A stretch of 32,000 bases of DNA from Acidobacteriota bacterium (GTDB lineage: Bacteria > Pseudomonadota > Alphaproteobacteria > Caulobacterales > Hyphomonadaceae): positions 85,778 through 117,777 of the forward strand of contig JADJRB010000010.1 of assembly GCA_016712445.1 (NCBI GenBank), given 5' to 3'. Numbering within the stretch: position 1 is the stretch's first letter; every line of letters starts with the position of its first letter. The translations under genes and the position numbers were made by a program. Of this stretch, positions 1-7,960 are shown piece by piece. The notes beneath the pieces were generated by a model, which was given only the letters and a program-made list of their open reading frames with translations, did not search any database and was not told the origin of the DNA.

Positions 1-1493
1 AACAGGTAGGAGCCGATCGGCTTGTTCGGTTCGCGCAGGCCCGCGCGGGCGAGCTTGATCGAGGCGGCGAGCGCAACGATGGCTTCGTCCTGGCCGAACA
101 CCACGCGCTTGAGATCACCTTCCAGCGATTTCAGCGAAGCAGCATCGTCGCTCGTCACCTGCTTGGGAGGAATGCGCGCAATCTTCGCGACGACCGCCTC
201 GATGTCGCGGATGCCGACCTGCTTCTTGCGCTTCGAGGCCGGCAGCAGCCACTGCGCCGCACCCGCTTCGTCGATCACGTCGATCGCCTTGTCGGGCAGC
301 TTGCGGTCCGTGATGTAACGGTCCGACAGCTCCACCGCCGCCTTGATCGCGTCGTTGGTATATTTCAGCCCGTGGAAGTCCTCGAACTTCGACTTCAGAC
401 CCGTGAGGATCTTGATCGTGTCCGGAACTGTCGGCTCGACCACGTCGATCTTGCGGAACCGGCGGCTCAGCGCGCGGTCCTTCTCGAAGTGCTGCTTGTA
501 TTCCTTGAACGTCGTCGAGCCCATGCAGCGCAGGCCGCCGGACTGCAGCGCAGGCTTCAGCAGGTTCGACGCATCCATCGCGCCGCCGCTCGTTGCGCCC
601 GCGCCGATGATCGTGTGGATCTCGTCGATGAATAGGATCGCTTTTTCCTGCTGCTCGAGTTCCTTCATCACCGACTTGAGGCGCTCCTCGAAGTCGCCGC
701 GATAGCGCGTGCCGGCGAGCAGCGCGCCCATGTCGAGCGACCAGATGATCGCGTCGTCCAGGATTTCCGGCGCTTCGCCTTCAACGATCCGTTTGGCCAG
801 GCCTTCGGCAATCGCCGTCTTGCCCACGCCGGGATCGCCGACGAGGATCGGGTTGTTCTTGTTGCGCCGGCACAGCACTTCGATGCAGCGGTTCACTTCC
901 ATGTCGCGGCCGATCAGCGGGTCGATCTTGCCGGCCCGGGCGCGCGCATTGAGGTTCACGCAGTAGGTGTCGAGCGCTTCGTGGCCTTGCTTGACCGGCT
1001 CTTCCTCGCTCGCCTCGGCGCCGCGCGGCGTCGTCGGGCGCGACATGCCCGGCTGTTTCGCCACGCCGTGCGAGATGTAGTTCACCGCGTCGTACCGCGT
1101 CATGTCCTGCTCCTGCAGGAAGTAGGCGGCATGGCTTTCGCGTTCGGAGAAGATCGAGACCAGCACGTTGGCGCCGGTCACTTCCTCGCGCCCGGAGCTT
1201 TCGACATGCAGGATCGCGCGCTGCACGACCCGCTGGAAAGCAGCCGTCGGCTGCACCCGCCCGTCGCTGCCATCCACGATGAGGCTCGACAGCTCCTCAT
1301 CGATGTAGCGCGTCAGGTCGACCCGGAGCTCGTCGATATTGACCTTGCAGGCCCCCATCACGTCACGCGCGTGCTCGTCCTCCGTGAGGGCCAGCAACAG
1401 GTGCTCCAGCGTGGCGTACTCGTGATCGCGTTCGGATGCGAGCGAGAGCGCTTTTTCAAGAGCCGTTTCGAGAGGTTGGGAAAGACGGGGCAA
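1..1493 (-). CDS. clpA: ATP-dependent Clp protease ATP-binding subunit ClpA (partial; C-terminal part lies beyond the left edge)
   Basis: I translated the reverse complement by hand from TTG at 1493. It gives MPRLSQPLETALEKALSLASERDHEYATLEHLLLALTED (Clp N-domain), then Walker A GDPGVGKT (near 815-840) and Walker B ILFIDEIH. The start of the second AAA module (VFGQDEAI...KPIGSYL) runs off the window. The gene is absent from the ORF track because it is open at the edge. Plus-strand ORFs at 22-1556 are shadows of this gene. Confidence 0.9.
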   Translation of the reverse strand, partial: MPRLSQPLETALEKALSLASERDHEYATLEHLLLALTEDEHARDVMGACKVNIDELRVDLTRYIDEELSSLIVDGSDGRVQPTAAFQRVVQRAILHVESSGREEVTGANVLVSIFSERESHAAYFLQEQDMTRYDAVNYISHGVAKQPGMSRPTTPRGAEASEEEPVKQGHEALDTYCVNLNARARAGKIDPLIGRDMEVNRCIEVLCRRNKNNPILVGDPGVGKTAIAEGLAKRIVEGEAPEILDDAIIWSLDMGALLAGTRYRGDFEERLKSVMKELEQQEKAILFIDEIHTIIGAGATSGGAMDASNLLKPALQSGGLRCMGSTTFKEYKQHFEKDRALSRRFRKIDVVEPTVPDTIKILTGLKSKFEDFHGLKYTNDAIKAAVELSDRYITDRKLPDKAIDVIDEAGAAQWLLPASKRKKQVGIRDIEAVVAKIARIPPKQVTSDDAASLKSLEGDLKRVVFGQDEAIVALAASIKLARAGLREPNKPIGSYL

Positions 1494-1552
1494 GGAATGA
1501 AGCCTTTTCGGAGGTCGAGTTGGGAGGGGTCTTCTCTGGTTATATGGGGCGT

Positions 1553-1936
1553 CTAGTCTTCTTTCTCCATGACGCACTGGAGAGGATGTTCATGCCGGCG
1601 CGCGAGGTCCAGCACCTGGGCCACCTTGGTCTCGGCAACCTCGAATGTATAGACCCCGCAGAGGCCGACGCCCTTCTGGTGGACGTGCAGCATGATCCGC
1701 GTGGCCTGCTCGCGCGACCGGTTGAAGAACCGCTCGAGTATGAACACCACGAATTCCATCGGCGTGTAGTCATCATTGAGCAGCAGTACGCGATACAATG
1801 ATGGCTTTTTTGTTTTGATCCGGGTTTCGGTCGCGAGATCAAAGCTTATCCCGTCGCCGCCATCCGGTGTTCCGCCCCCTGGGGCGCCGGGCGTCGGCGA
1901 TCCGGACATCCGGACCGGGGCGAAAGCGCTGCTCAT
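1553..1936 (-). CDS. clpS: ATP-dependent Clp protease adaptor ClpS
   Basis: The C-terminal 85 aa, [85 protein letters not shown], is a typical ClpS core. It sits 59 nt upstream of clpA on the same strand. The start is uncertain: ATG 1936 is chosen, with GTG 1993 and a later ATG (MSGSP...) as alternatives. Confidence 0.85.
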   Translation of the reverse strand: MSSAFAPVRMSGSPTPGAPGGGTPDGGDGISFDLATETRIKTKKPSLYRVLLLNDDYTPMEFVVFILERFFNRSREQATRIMLHVHQKGVGLCGVYTFEVAETKVAQVLDLARRHEHPLQCVMEKED

Positions 1937-2007
1937 GTCTGACAAGATATACGTTCCTGCACGAGTTTGAAGATGCAATTGGCGCCTGAGCACAGCTCTG
2001 CCCGAAA

Positions 2008-2406
2008 TCAGGGCGTCCGGAGGGCTTCGGCAAATGCGTTGAGACGCTTTAGATTGGTGCCGAGGTCGGAATAGCCAACCCGTGACCTTGAGTAAGCTGC
2101 AAAAGTCGACCGGTTGGCTTGCCCGGCCGCCGGCAGCACCAGCACGTCCACGTCGTCCTTGAACCTCAGCAGCGGGGTCACCGCCACGAAGGTCAGCCGC
2201 ATCGCCGCCGGATCCTGCTCTCCCAGCACCCAGCCGCGCCGCTCCCCCACCCGTTTCAGCGCCCGCATGTAAAGGTCGCCGGCCGGCACGTCATAGACCG
2301 GCGCCGCGCCGTCCGCCTCCGCCTGCGTCAGGCCGGGCGGTGCGAGTAGCGCCGTGTTGGGGCTTGAAGGGCGCGTCAGGGTGGCGAAGTCGACAAAACC
2401 GGTCAT
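2008..2406 (-). CDS. DUF1499-like small protein
   Basis: Only the last 132 aa of track ORF 2008-2874, from [17 protein letters not shown]..., show good GC3 bias. They end in the [19 protein letters not shown] pattern that I associate with DUF1499. The upstream 155 aa are Arg/Ala-rich shadow overlapping the next gene. Confidence 0.55.
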   Translation of the reverse strand: MTGFVDFATLTRPSSPNTALLAPPGLTQAEADGAAPVYDVPAGDLYMRALKRVGERRGWVLGEQDPAAMRLTFVAVTPLLRFKDDVDVLVLPAAGQANRSTFAAYSRSRVGYSDLGTNLKRLNAFAEALRTP

Positions 2407-2423
2407 CGAAGCTGTCCTCTCGA

Positions 2424-3743
2424 TCAGTGCGGGCGCAACCCGGCGCGGCGGGCAAACGCGATGTTGACCCGGCTTTCCGGCCTGAGCGCAAGGCGCTCCT
2501 GAACCAGTGCCCGGGCAAGCGGGGCCACCTTGCCCCGGATGGCCGCCTCGGTCAGCGTCCAGTCGATCACGTCGCGCTGGGCATGGCTGCCGCCGAACAC
2601 GTTGGCAATCTGGCGCGCCGCCAGCAGCGGCTCGATGGCGCCCGCGAAGTCGCCGCGCTCGAACAGCAGCAGGCCGTCGATCACTGGCGCGCCGGTCTCC
2701 CGCATCCAGCGGTTCATTTCGCTCTGCGTGCTGCCCTGGTGCGCGATCTTCACAAGATCCGTCGCATCGCTGCGCCGGCCGGCGCCGATATAGGCGAGCG
2801 CGGCATGCACATCGTTGAAAGGATAGCACCGGCCATCTGCGTGCTGCGTCCAGGTGTCGGCCAGCTCGTCCCAACGGTCGCCGACGTCCACACCCAGCAG
2901 CTGCAACCGCCAGAGCAAGGAAGACGCGTCCACCAGGTTCTGCGCCACCGTGCTCGTCTCGGCGCGGACCTCTTCGTCATAAAGGCTGAGCGCAGCGTCG
3001 CCGTCACCCAGTTCCAGATGGCAGAGCGCCAGATGCCACCAGTTGTGCACTTTCAGGAAGTTGTCCGGCTGCGCCCAGTGCGAGCGCCGCTTGCGCATGA
3101 AATCGCGCCCTTCGGCTGCGCGCCCCTGCATCTCAAGCACATGCGCCACCGCGTGGTGCGCCCAGCTGTCATCCGGATCCCCCTCAAGTGCCTTGAGACC
3201 GGCGGTCTCGGCGCGGTGGTAATCGCCCATTTCCTCCAGACCGAAGGCCAGCATGCCCAGAAGGTGCGAACGCCCCGGCACGCCGTCCCAGGCCGGCAGT
3301 GCCCGCGCAATCCGGTCGCGCAGGTTGCGCGCGTTGGCGGTGAGGAAATCGGCCTGGTGCCCGGCCAGCAGTCCGATCAGGTCGCAGGGAAAGTTGGCAT
3401 TGTGCAGGTCGAGCGCCCGGGAGGCCGCCGTCCACTCCGTAGCCGCCGCGAGTTTGAGCGCGCCGAGGTGGCTCAGCTCGCGCGGCCCCAGCGGCATTTC
3501 GGCAATTTCCTCGACCATCCGCCGCGCTGACGCGGTCGCCTGCGGTTCGGTGGACATGGCGTAGATCCACGCCTTGGCAATCAGGGCCATGGCGAACTCT
3601 GGCGCCTCATCGAGGGCCTCGCGCAGAGGCTCGAGCGGATCGCCGCAAAAACGGGCAAACCGACCCACGGACAGATCAAACAGCTCCGCTGACCGGGGCG
3701 TTGCCCCTGTCAGTTCCACGCCTTGCCGGTCCCGAATCGTCAT
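2424..3743 (-). CDS. TPR-repeat protein, TTC38-like family
   Basis: 439 aa from MTIRDRQGVELTGATPRSAELFD... The helical-repeat content and motifs such as WAHHAVAHVLEMQGR and NWWHLALCHLELGD resemble tetratricopeptide repeat protein 38 homologues. The N-terminal 110 aa of track ORF 2424-4073 overlap the terminator and the phasin gene, so I dropped them. Confidence 0.6.
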   Translation of the reverse strand: MTIRDRQGVELTGATPRSAELFDLSVGRFARFCGDPLEPLREALDEAPEFAMALIAKAWIYAMSTEPQATASARRMVEEIAEMPLGPRELSHLGALKLAAATEWTAASRALDLHNANFPCDLIGLLAGHQADFLTANARNLRDRIARALPAWDGVPGRSHLLGMLAFGLEEMGDYHRAETAGLKALEGDPDDSWAHHAVAHVLEMQGRAAEGRDFMRKRRSHWAQPDNFLKVHNWWHLALCHLELGDGDAALSLYDEEVRAETSTVAQNLVDASSLLWRLQLLGVDVGDRWDELADTWTQHADGRCYPFNDVHAALAYIGAGRRSDATDLVKIAHQGSTQSEMNRWMRETGAPVIDGLLLFERGDFAGAIEPLLAARQIANVFGGSHAQRDVIDWTLTEAAIRGKVAPLARALVQERLALRPESRVNIAFARRAGLRPH

Positions 3744-3824
3744 CGCCTGGCTCCCGCCCGCGCCCCATCCGGCACACTCTGTGGCGGACGCCCCCGAGTC
3801 GCAAGCGGAACCGGGCGGGCGGCC

Positions 3825-3859
3825 AAACGAAAAGGGCCGGACCAAGAAGGTCCGGCCCC
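3825..3859 (-). terminator. Rho-independent terminator of the phasin gene
   Basis: Perfect 10-bp stem GGGCCGGACC (3834-3843) / GGTCCGGCCC (3849-3858) with loop AAGAA. On the minus strand it is followed by TTTTCGTTT. It lies 60 nt after the phasin stop. Confidence 0.65.
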
Positions 3860-3918
3860 TGAACTCTACTTCGCACGCTACTGCCGGACGCCTCCTGGAA
3901 GGCTGTCCAACCTCGAGC

Positions 3919-4335
3919 TTACTTCGCGAAGGAAGCCATATACGGTTTTGCAGCGTTGCGCCATGCGGCAACGCAAAGCTCGGTCTGGGCCGACATCTCG
4001 GTGGTGAAGGCCGAGAACATCGACTTGGCGAACGCCGATTGCAGCTCGAACATCTCGCGCGGGTCGCGGACATTGGCGAGCGTCTGGGTCAGCTCAACGC
4101 CCTGTTCCATGGCCGAAGTCATGAAGTTGACGTTCCGGTTGCCGAGTTCGCGCAGGACTTCGCCCGAAGCCACGGCGCTGTCGGTCATCGCCTTGACGCC
4201 GCCTTCAGCAAAGCCGGTGAACTTCGAGGCCATTTCAGTGATCTGGTCGACGCCCGCTTCGATCTGCTTGGTCGTTGCGGTGTTCGGACGGGCTTCCGCT
4301 TTGGCGCGGGCCGTCGATGCAGTGGTCTTGGCCAT
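3919..4335 (-). CDS. Phasin family protein (PHA granule-associated)
   Basis: 138 aa from MAKTTASTARAKAEARPNTATTKQIEAGVDQITEMASKFTGFAEGGVKAMTDSAVASGEVLRELGNRNVNFMTSAMEQGVELTQTLANVRDPREMFELQSAFAKSMF... This is the typical alphaproteobacterial phasin pattern. A good SD (AGAAGGA) sits 8 nt upstream of ATG 4335, and a strong terminator follows. Confidence 0.75.
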   Translation of the reverse strand: MAKTTASTARAKAEARPNTATTKQIEAGVDQITEMASKFTGFAEGGVKAMTDSAVASGEVLRELGNRNVNFMTSAMEQGVELTQTLANVRDPREMFELQSAFAKSMFSAFTTEMSAQTELCVAAWRNAAKPYMASFAK

Positions 4336-4569
4336 TTGGGGAATCCTTCTGTTGTAAGGTGTGTTCTGGATAGCACACTCCCCTCGCAAGTGCAATAAAT
4401 TTTGTGCGCTGCAACATTAATCATTTGGCGTTGGGTTTGCATTCATCTTGCATCAGTTACAAAACTATCAGCGACGGGGCTGCGTTAAGGTGTGGTCAAC
4501 TGGTTTGACCGAATCTAGGTTCCACTCGGGAAGACCGGGGGTTCTGCGTATTTTGGAGGTGGCCGTTTA

Positions 4570-5748
4570 ATGGCGCTGCTCAACCTTTCCCTGTACCGCG
4601 CCGCGGCTGCCACCCTGGCGGTTGCATCGGTTGGCGCGATGGCTGCCCCCTCGGCCCTGGCTGAAAAATATGCCGCGCTGGTCATGGATGCCGATACCAA
4701 CGAGATCCTGCATTCCCGCAACGCTGAAGACCTTCGGTATCCCGCGTCGCTGACCAAGGTGATGACGCTTTACCTGCTGTTTGACGCCATCGATTCCGGC
4801 GAGGTCAAACTCACCGACAAGATGACCGTGTCGCGCAACGCCGCAGCCCAGCCGCCGTCGAACCTCAAGCTGAAGTCCGGCGACAAGATCAAGGTCGAAG
4901 ACGCGATCTACGCGCTGGTCACCAAATCGGCCAACGATGTGGCCGTGGTCGTGGCCGAACACCTCGGCGGCACCGAGCGCAAGTTCGCCGTCAAGATGAC
5001 CGACAAGGCCCGCGACCTCGGCCTCAAGAACACGACCTTCAAGAACGCGTCCGGCCTGCCGAACACCGAGCAGACCACGACCGCCTACGACCTCGCGCTC
5101 CTCGCCGATGCGCTGATGGAGCAGCACGAGCAGTATTATCACTACTTCCAGAAGGACAAGTTCTCCTGGGGCCGGATGGTCTACAAGAACCACAACGACC
5201 TGATCGGCAAGGTCGACGGCGTTGACGGCATCAAGACTGGCTACACCCGCGCCTCCGGCTTCAACCTGATGACCTCCGCCGAACGCGATGGCCACCGTGT
5301 GATCGCGGTGATGCTCGGCGGCGCAACCGCCAAGTCGCGCAACGAGCATGTCGAAGCCCTCGTCGAAGCCGCCTTCGCCACGCTGGGCGGCCCGGCCGAC
5401 CCGACCTCGCCCCAGCTGCGCGGCACGACCGCCACCTTCGCCTCGGTCGAGACCCCGGTGAACCCCAACGCCGCCGCCGAGCCGATGCTCAATGGCAAGC
5501 CGCTCAGCGCCTTCACCGCACCGGCCGTCAACCTGACCCTCGCCGAGAACACCGAAGAAGACCTGCCGGGCGACGCGATCGTCATGGAAGGCGACAGCTC
5601 CGAAGACGTGGCCGAAATGCAGCCCTCGCCGGCCCTGCCCGCGCCCGGCGCCAGCTTCTCGGTCAGCGAGTACGAAGCCCGCCAGGTCGCCAAGCCCGAC
5701 CCGGCCGCTGAAGTCAGCGAATACGTCCGCCGCCAGATCCGCCGCTGA
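4570..5748 (+). CDS. D-alanyl-D-alanine carboxypeptidase (peptidase S11, PBP5/6-type) with low-complexity C-terminal tail
   Basis: A signal-like N-terminus is followed by the SxxK motif (SLTKVMT), SxN (KSANDVA) and KTG (IKTGYT). GGAGG lies 8-12 nt before the ATG. Confidence 0.85.
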   Translation: MALLNLSLYRAAAATLAVASVGAMAAPSALAEKYAALVMDADTNEILHSRNAEDLRYPASLTKVMTLYLLFDAIDSGEVKLTDKMTVSRNAAAQPPSNLKLKSGDKIKVEDAIYALVTKSANDVAVVVAEHLGGTERKFAVKMTDKARDLGLKNTTFKNASGLPNTEQTTTAYDLALLADALMEQHEQYYHYFQKDKFSWGRMVYKNHNDLIGKVDGVDGIKTGYTRASGFNLMTSAERDGHRVIAVMLGGATAKSRNEHVEALVEAAFATLGGPADPTSPQLRGTTATFASVETPVNPNAAAEPMLNGKPLSAFTAPAVNLTLAENTEEDLPGDAIVMEGDSSEDVAEMQPSPALPAPGASFSVSEYEARQVAKPDPAAEVSEYVRRQIRR

Positions 5749-5838
5749 GGCGGTGAGCGCACCGGGGGGCTTGCCGAAGCCGCCCGGCTCCCGCACAACG
5801 CCGCTCCCTGTCCTGAACCGGCCCGGAGCAGCCCGCAC

Positions 5839-6804
5839 GTGAGCGCATCCTCAGACCTGAACCTCGCCCGCAGCGTCGTCCGCATCGAACGCGACGCGCT
5901 CGACAAGCTTGAAATGTCCCTCGGCAACAGCCTGGTCGAAGCGGTCGATGTCATCCTGTCGACTGACCGGCACGTCGTCGTCGCCGGCGTAGGCAAGTCC
6001 GGACATATCGGACAGAAGATCGCCGCGAGCCTCGCCTCGACCGGCACGCCCTCTTTCTTCATCCACCCGACCGAAGCCAGCCACGGCGACCTCGGCATGC
6101 TGGTGCCGGGCTCGGTCGTCATCGCCATTTCCTATTCCGGCGAAAGCCGCGAACTCGTCGACCTCCTGCGCTACTGCAAGGCCAACAACATTCCCCTCAT
6201 CGCGATGACCCGCGCCGCCGATTCCACGCTCGGCCGTTTCGCCGATGTGCTGCTGGAAATGCCGACGGTTGCCGAAGCCTGCCCCAACGGCCTCGCGCCC
6301 ACCTCGTCCACCACGATGGCGCTTGCCCTCGGCGACGCATTGACCATCGTCCTGATGGCGCGGCGCGGCTTCTCGCGCGAGGATTTCGGCTTCCGCCACC
6401 CCGGCGGCAAGCTCGGCCGCACCCTGCAGACGGCCGGCGATTATGTCCGTGAGCGGAAGGATGCGCTTCCGCTGGTCGAAGCCGGCGCCAATTTCGAAGC
6501 GCTTGTCTATGCCGTCTCCGAAGGCCGCAAGGGCTGCGCCGGCGTGGTAGACGACAAGGGCGCGCTCGTCGGCATGGTCACCGACGGCGACCTGCGCCGC
6601 GCCATGCTCGCCGGCAAGACCGGCCTTCCCGCCCGCGACGTGATGACCGTCCGCCCACGCACGATCGACCCGGACGAACGCATGCAGTTCGTCATCAAGG
6701 CGCTGAGCGAGAACCGCATCTCGAACGCCTTCGTCGTCGGCGAGAACGGCGCCCCGCTCGGCCTCATCGACATGAAGGACCTGCTCGCCGAGGGCTACCT
6801 CTGA
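5839..6804 (+). CDS. kpsF: Arabinose-5-phosphate isomerase KpsF/GutQ family (SIS + tandem CBS)
   Basis: SIS-domain motifs are present (VVVAGVGKSGHIGQKIAASLASTGTPSFFIHPTEASHGDLGM, ISYSGES). The C-terminus has CBS-pair sequence (GMVTDGDLRR...ISNAFVV...GLIDMKDLL). The start codon is GTG. Confidence 0.85.
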   Translation: MSASSDLNLARSVVRIERDALDKLEMSLGNSLVEAVDVILSTDRHVVVAGVGKSGHIGQKIAASLASTGTPSFFIHPTEASHGDLGMLVPGSVVIAISYSGESRELVDLLRYCKANNIPLIAMTRAADSTLGRFADVLLEMPTVAEACPNGLAPTSSTTMALALGDALTIVLMARRGFSREDFGFRHPGGKLGRTLQTAGDYVRERKDALPLVEAGANFEALVYAVSEGRKGCAGVVDDKGALVGMVTDGDLRRAMLAGKTGLPARDVMTVRPRTIDPDERMQFVIKALSENRISNAFVVGENGAPLGLIDMKDLLAEGYL

Positions 6805-6811
6805 CCCACGC

Positions 6812-6837
6812 GCCCCCTCGCCCGAAGGCGAAGGGGC
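6812..6837. terminator. GC-rich hairpin between convergent kpsF and SIMPL genes (possible bidirectional terminator)
   Basis: GCCCCCTCGCC (6812-6822), loop CGAA, then GGCGAAGGGGC (6827-6837). This is an 11-bp stem with one mismatch. There is no clear U-tract. Confidence 0.4.
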
Positions 6838-6853
6838 CGGGACCCGCAGGTAT

Positions 6854-7648
6854 CTATTTCACCAGTTCGAACAACACGCTGACGCTCGCCGTCACACCCA
6901 CTTCGCCGCCCGAAACCGGCGAAGACGCCTGGTCCATCGCCATTTCCGCGCGGGCATAAGCCATCGGCTGCGGCGCATACTCGTAGCCCTCGTTGATGGT
7001 CACGATCCGCGCCACGCGCATGCCGGCCGCCGAGGCATAGAGCTCCGCCTTCGCCATCGCATCCTTCATCGCCATCGTGCGGGCTTCGTTCTTGATTTCC
7101 TTGTCATCCTCGATCGCGAAGTTGACGCCGGAGAACGTGTTGCCGCCCGATTTCACCAGGCTGTCGATGGTGGCGCCCAGCGAATCCAGGTCGCGCACGC
7201 GCGCCGTCACCTGGTTGGTCGCCACGTAGCCGGCCAGCTTCTGCACGCCGCGCGAGCTGCCATCCTTCAGCTTCTCCTCGATATAGTCATAGCGCGGATA
7301 GAGGCTCAGGCCGGACGTCTGGATGTCCCGTTTCGTCAGGCCGGCCTTCTCGAGCGCGGCAAACACGCCGTTCATCGCCTTTGCCTGCGCGGCCATCGCT
7401 TCACCCGCGGTCGCGCGCTCCTCGGTGACACCCGCCGTGATGTAGGCAATGTCAGGCGCGCGCTGGATCTTGGCTTCTGCGTTGATCTGCAGCGTCGTCT
7501 CGGGCTGGATCGAATTGTGGTTCATCATCTGCGCCATTGCAGGGTTCCCCGTCATGGGCGCTGCCGAAGCAGGCATTGGCATTTGTGCGCAGGCGACAGG
7601 CGCCGCGGCGAACATCAGGGCAATCAACGAAATTAAGGGACGTTTCAT
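6854..7648 (-). CDS. SIMPL/DUF541 periplasmic protein (BP26/OMP28-like)
   Basis: 264 aa from MKRPLISLIALMFAAAPVACAQ (signal peptide). The body has the pattern LQINAEAKIQRAPDIAYITAGV...LSLYPRYDY...YVATNQVTARVRD...FAIEDDKEIKNEARTMAMKDAMAKAELYA. An SD (GAAGGAG) precedes ATG 7648. Confidence 0.75.
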   Translation of the reverse strand: MKRPLISLIALMFAAAPVACAQMPMPASAAPMTGNPAMAQMMNHNSIQPETTLQINAEAKIQRAPDIAYITAGVTEERATAGEAMAAQAKAMNGVFAALEKAGLTKRDIQTSGLSLYPRYDYIEEKLKDGSSRGVQKLAGYVATNQVTARVRDLDSLGATIDSLVKSGGNTFSGVNFAIEDDKEIKNEARTMAMKDAMAKAELYASAAGMRVARIVTINEGYEYAPQPMAYARAEMAMDQASSPVSGGEVGVTASVSVLFELVK

Positions 7649-7747
7649 GGAGGTCTCCTTCGAGGGGTGAGTAACCGGTACGCCTGTCTTCTCTACCGAA
7701 CAAGGCCGTTGCAAGGCGTCCCTGCGGCGCCTAAACGACCTGCGCAG

Positions 7748-7824
7748 GGGCCTGTAGCTCAGTTGGTTAGAGCGGACCGCTCATAACGGTTTGGTCGCAG
7801 GTTCAAGTCCTGCCGGGCCCACCA
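7748..7824 (+). tRNA. tRNA with anticodon CAT (elongator Met or, more likely, lysidine-modified Ile2)
   Basis: It folds by hand into a 77-nt cloverleaf. Acceptor: GGGCCTG/CGGGCCC. D stem: GCTC/GAGC. Anticodon stem: GACCG/CGGTT. Anticodon loop: CTCATAA. Variable loop: TGGTC. T arm: GCAGG-TTCAAGT-CCTGC. The CCA end is encoded. G1-C72 pairing excludes an initiator tRNA. Confidence 0.9.
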
Positions 7825-7960
7825 CACCTCCCGCGCCATCGGCAACATCGGGAACGAGCCGGCCCGCCGCCGGTTCCCTGATCGCCGCCGCCCCTTCCCA
7901 TGGGGCGCCTGTTGCGTGAGGTTCGGGCGGCACCACACCCATGATTGCGGAGGCCCGCCC

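Noticed and set aside
2340-3530. 396-aa plus-strand ORF opposite the TPR gene, plus the long N-terminal extensions of track ORFs 2008-2874 and 2424-4073
   Set aside because: The extensions overlap neighbouring genes and a terminator, and have shadow-like composition. Internal ATGs with proper context give family-typical lengths.
4567-5838. 423-aa minus-strand ORF antisense to the carboxypeptidase gene
   Set aside because: The product is Gly/Arg/Val/Ala-rich and low-complexity, with no motifs. It lies opposite a plus-strand gene with clear SxxK/SxN/KTG motifs. This is a typical high-GC antisense shadow ORF.
7825-7960. Possible genomic-island integration site next to the tRNA
   Set aside because: I found no integrase, no direct repeat of the tRNA 3' end anywhere in the window, and no compositional shift in the flanking genes.
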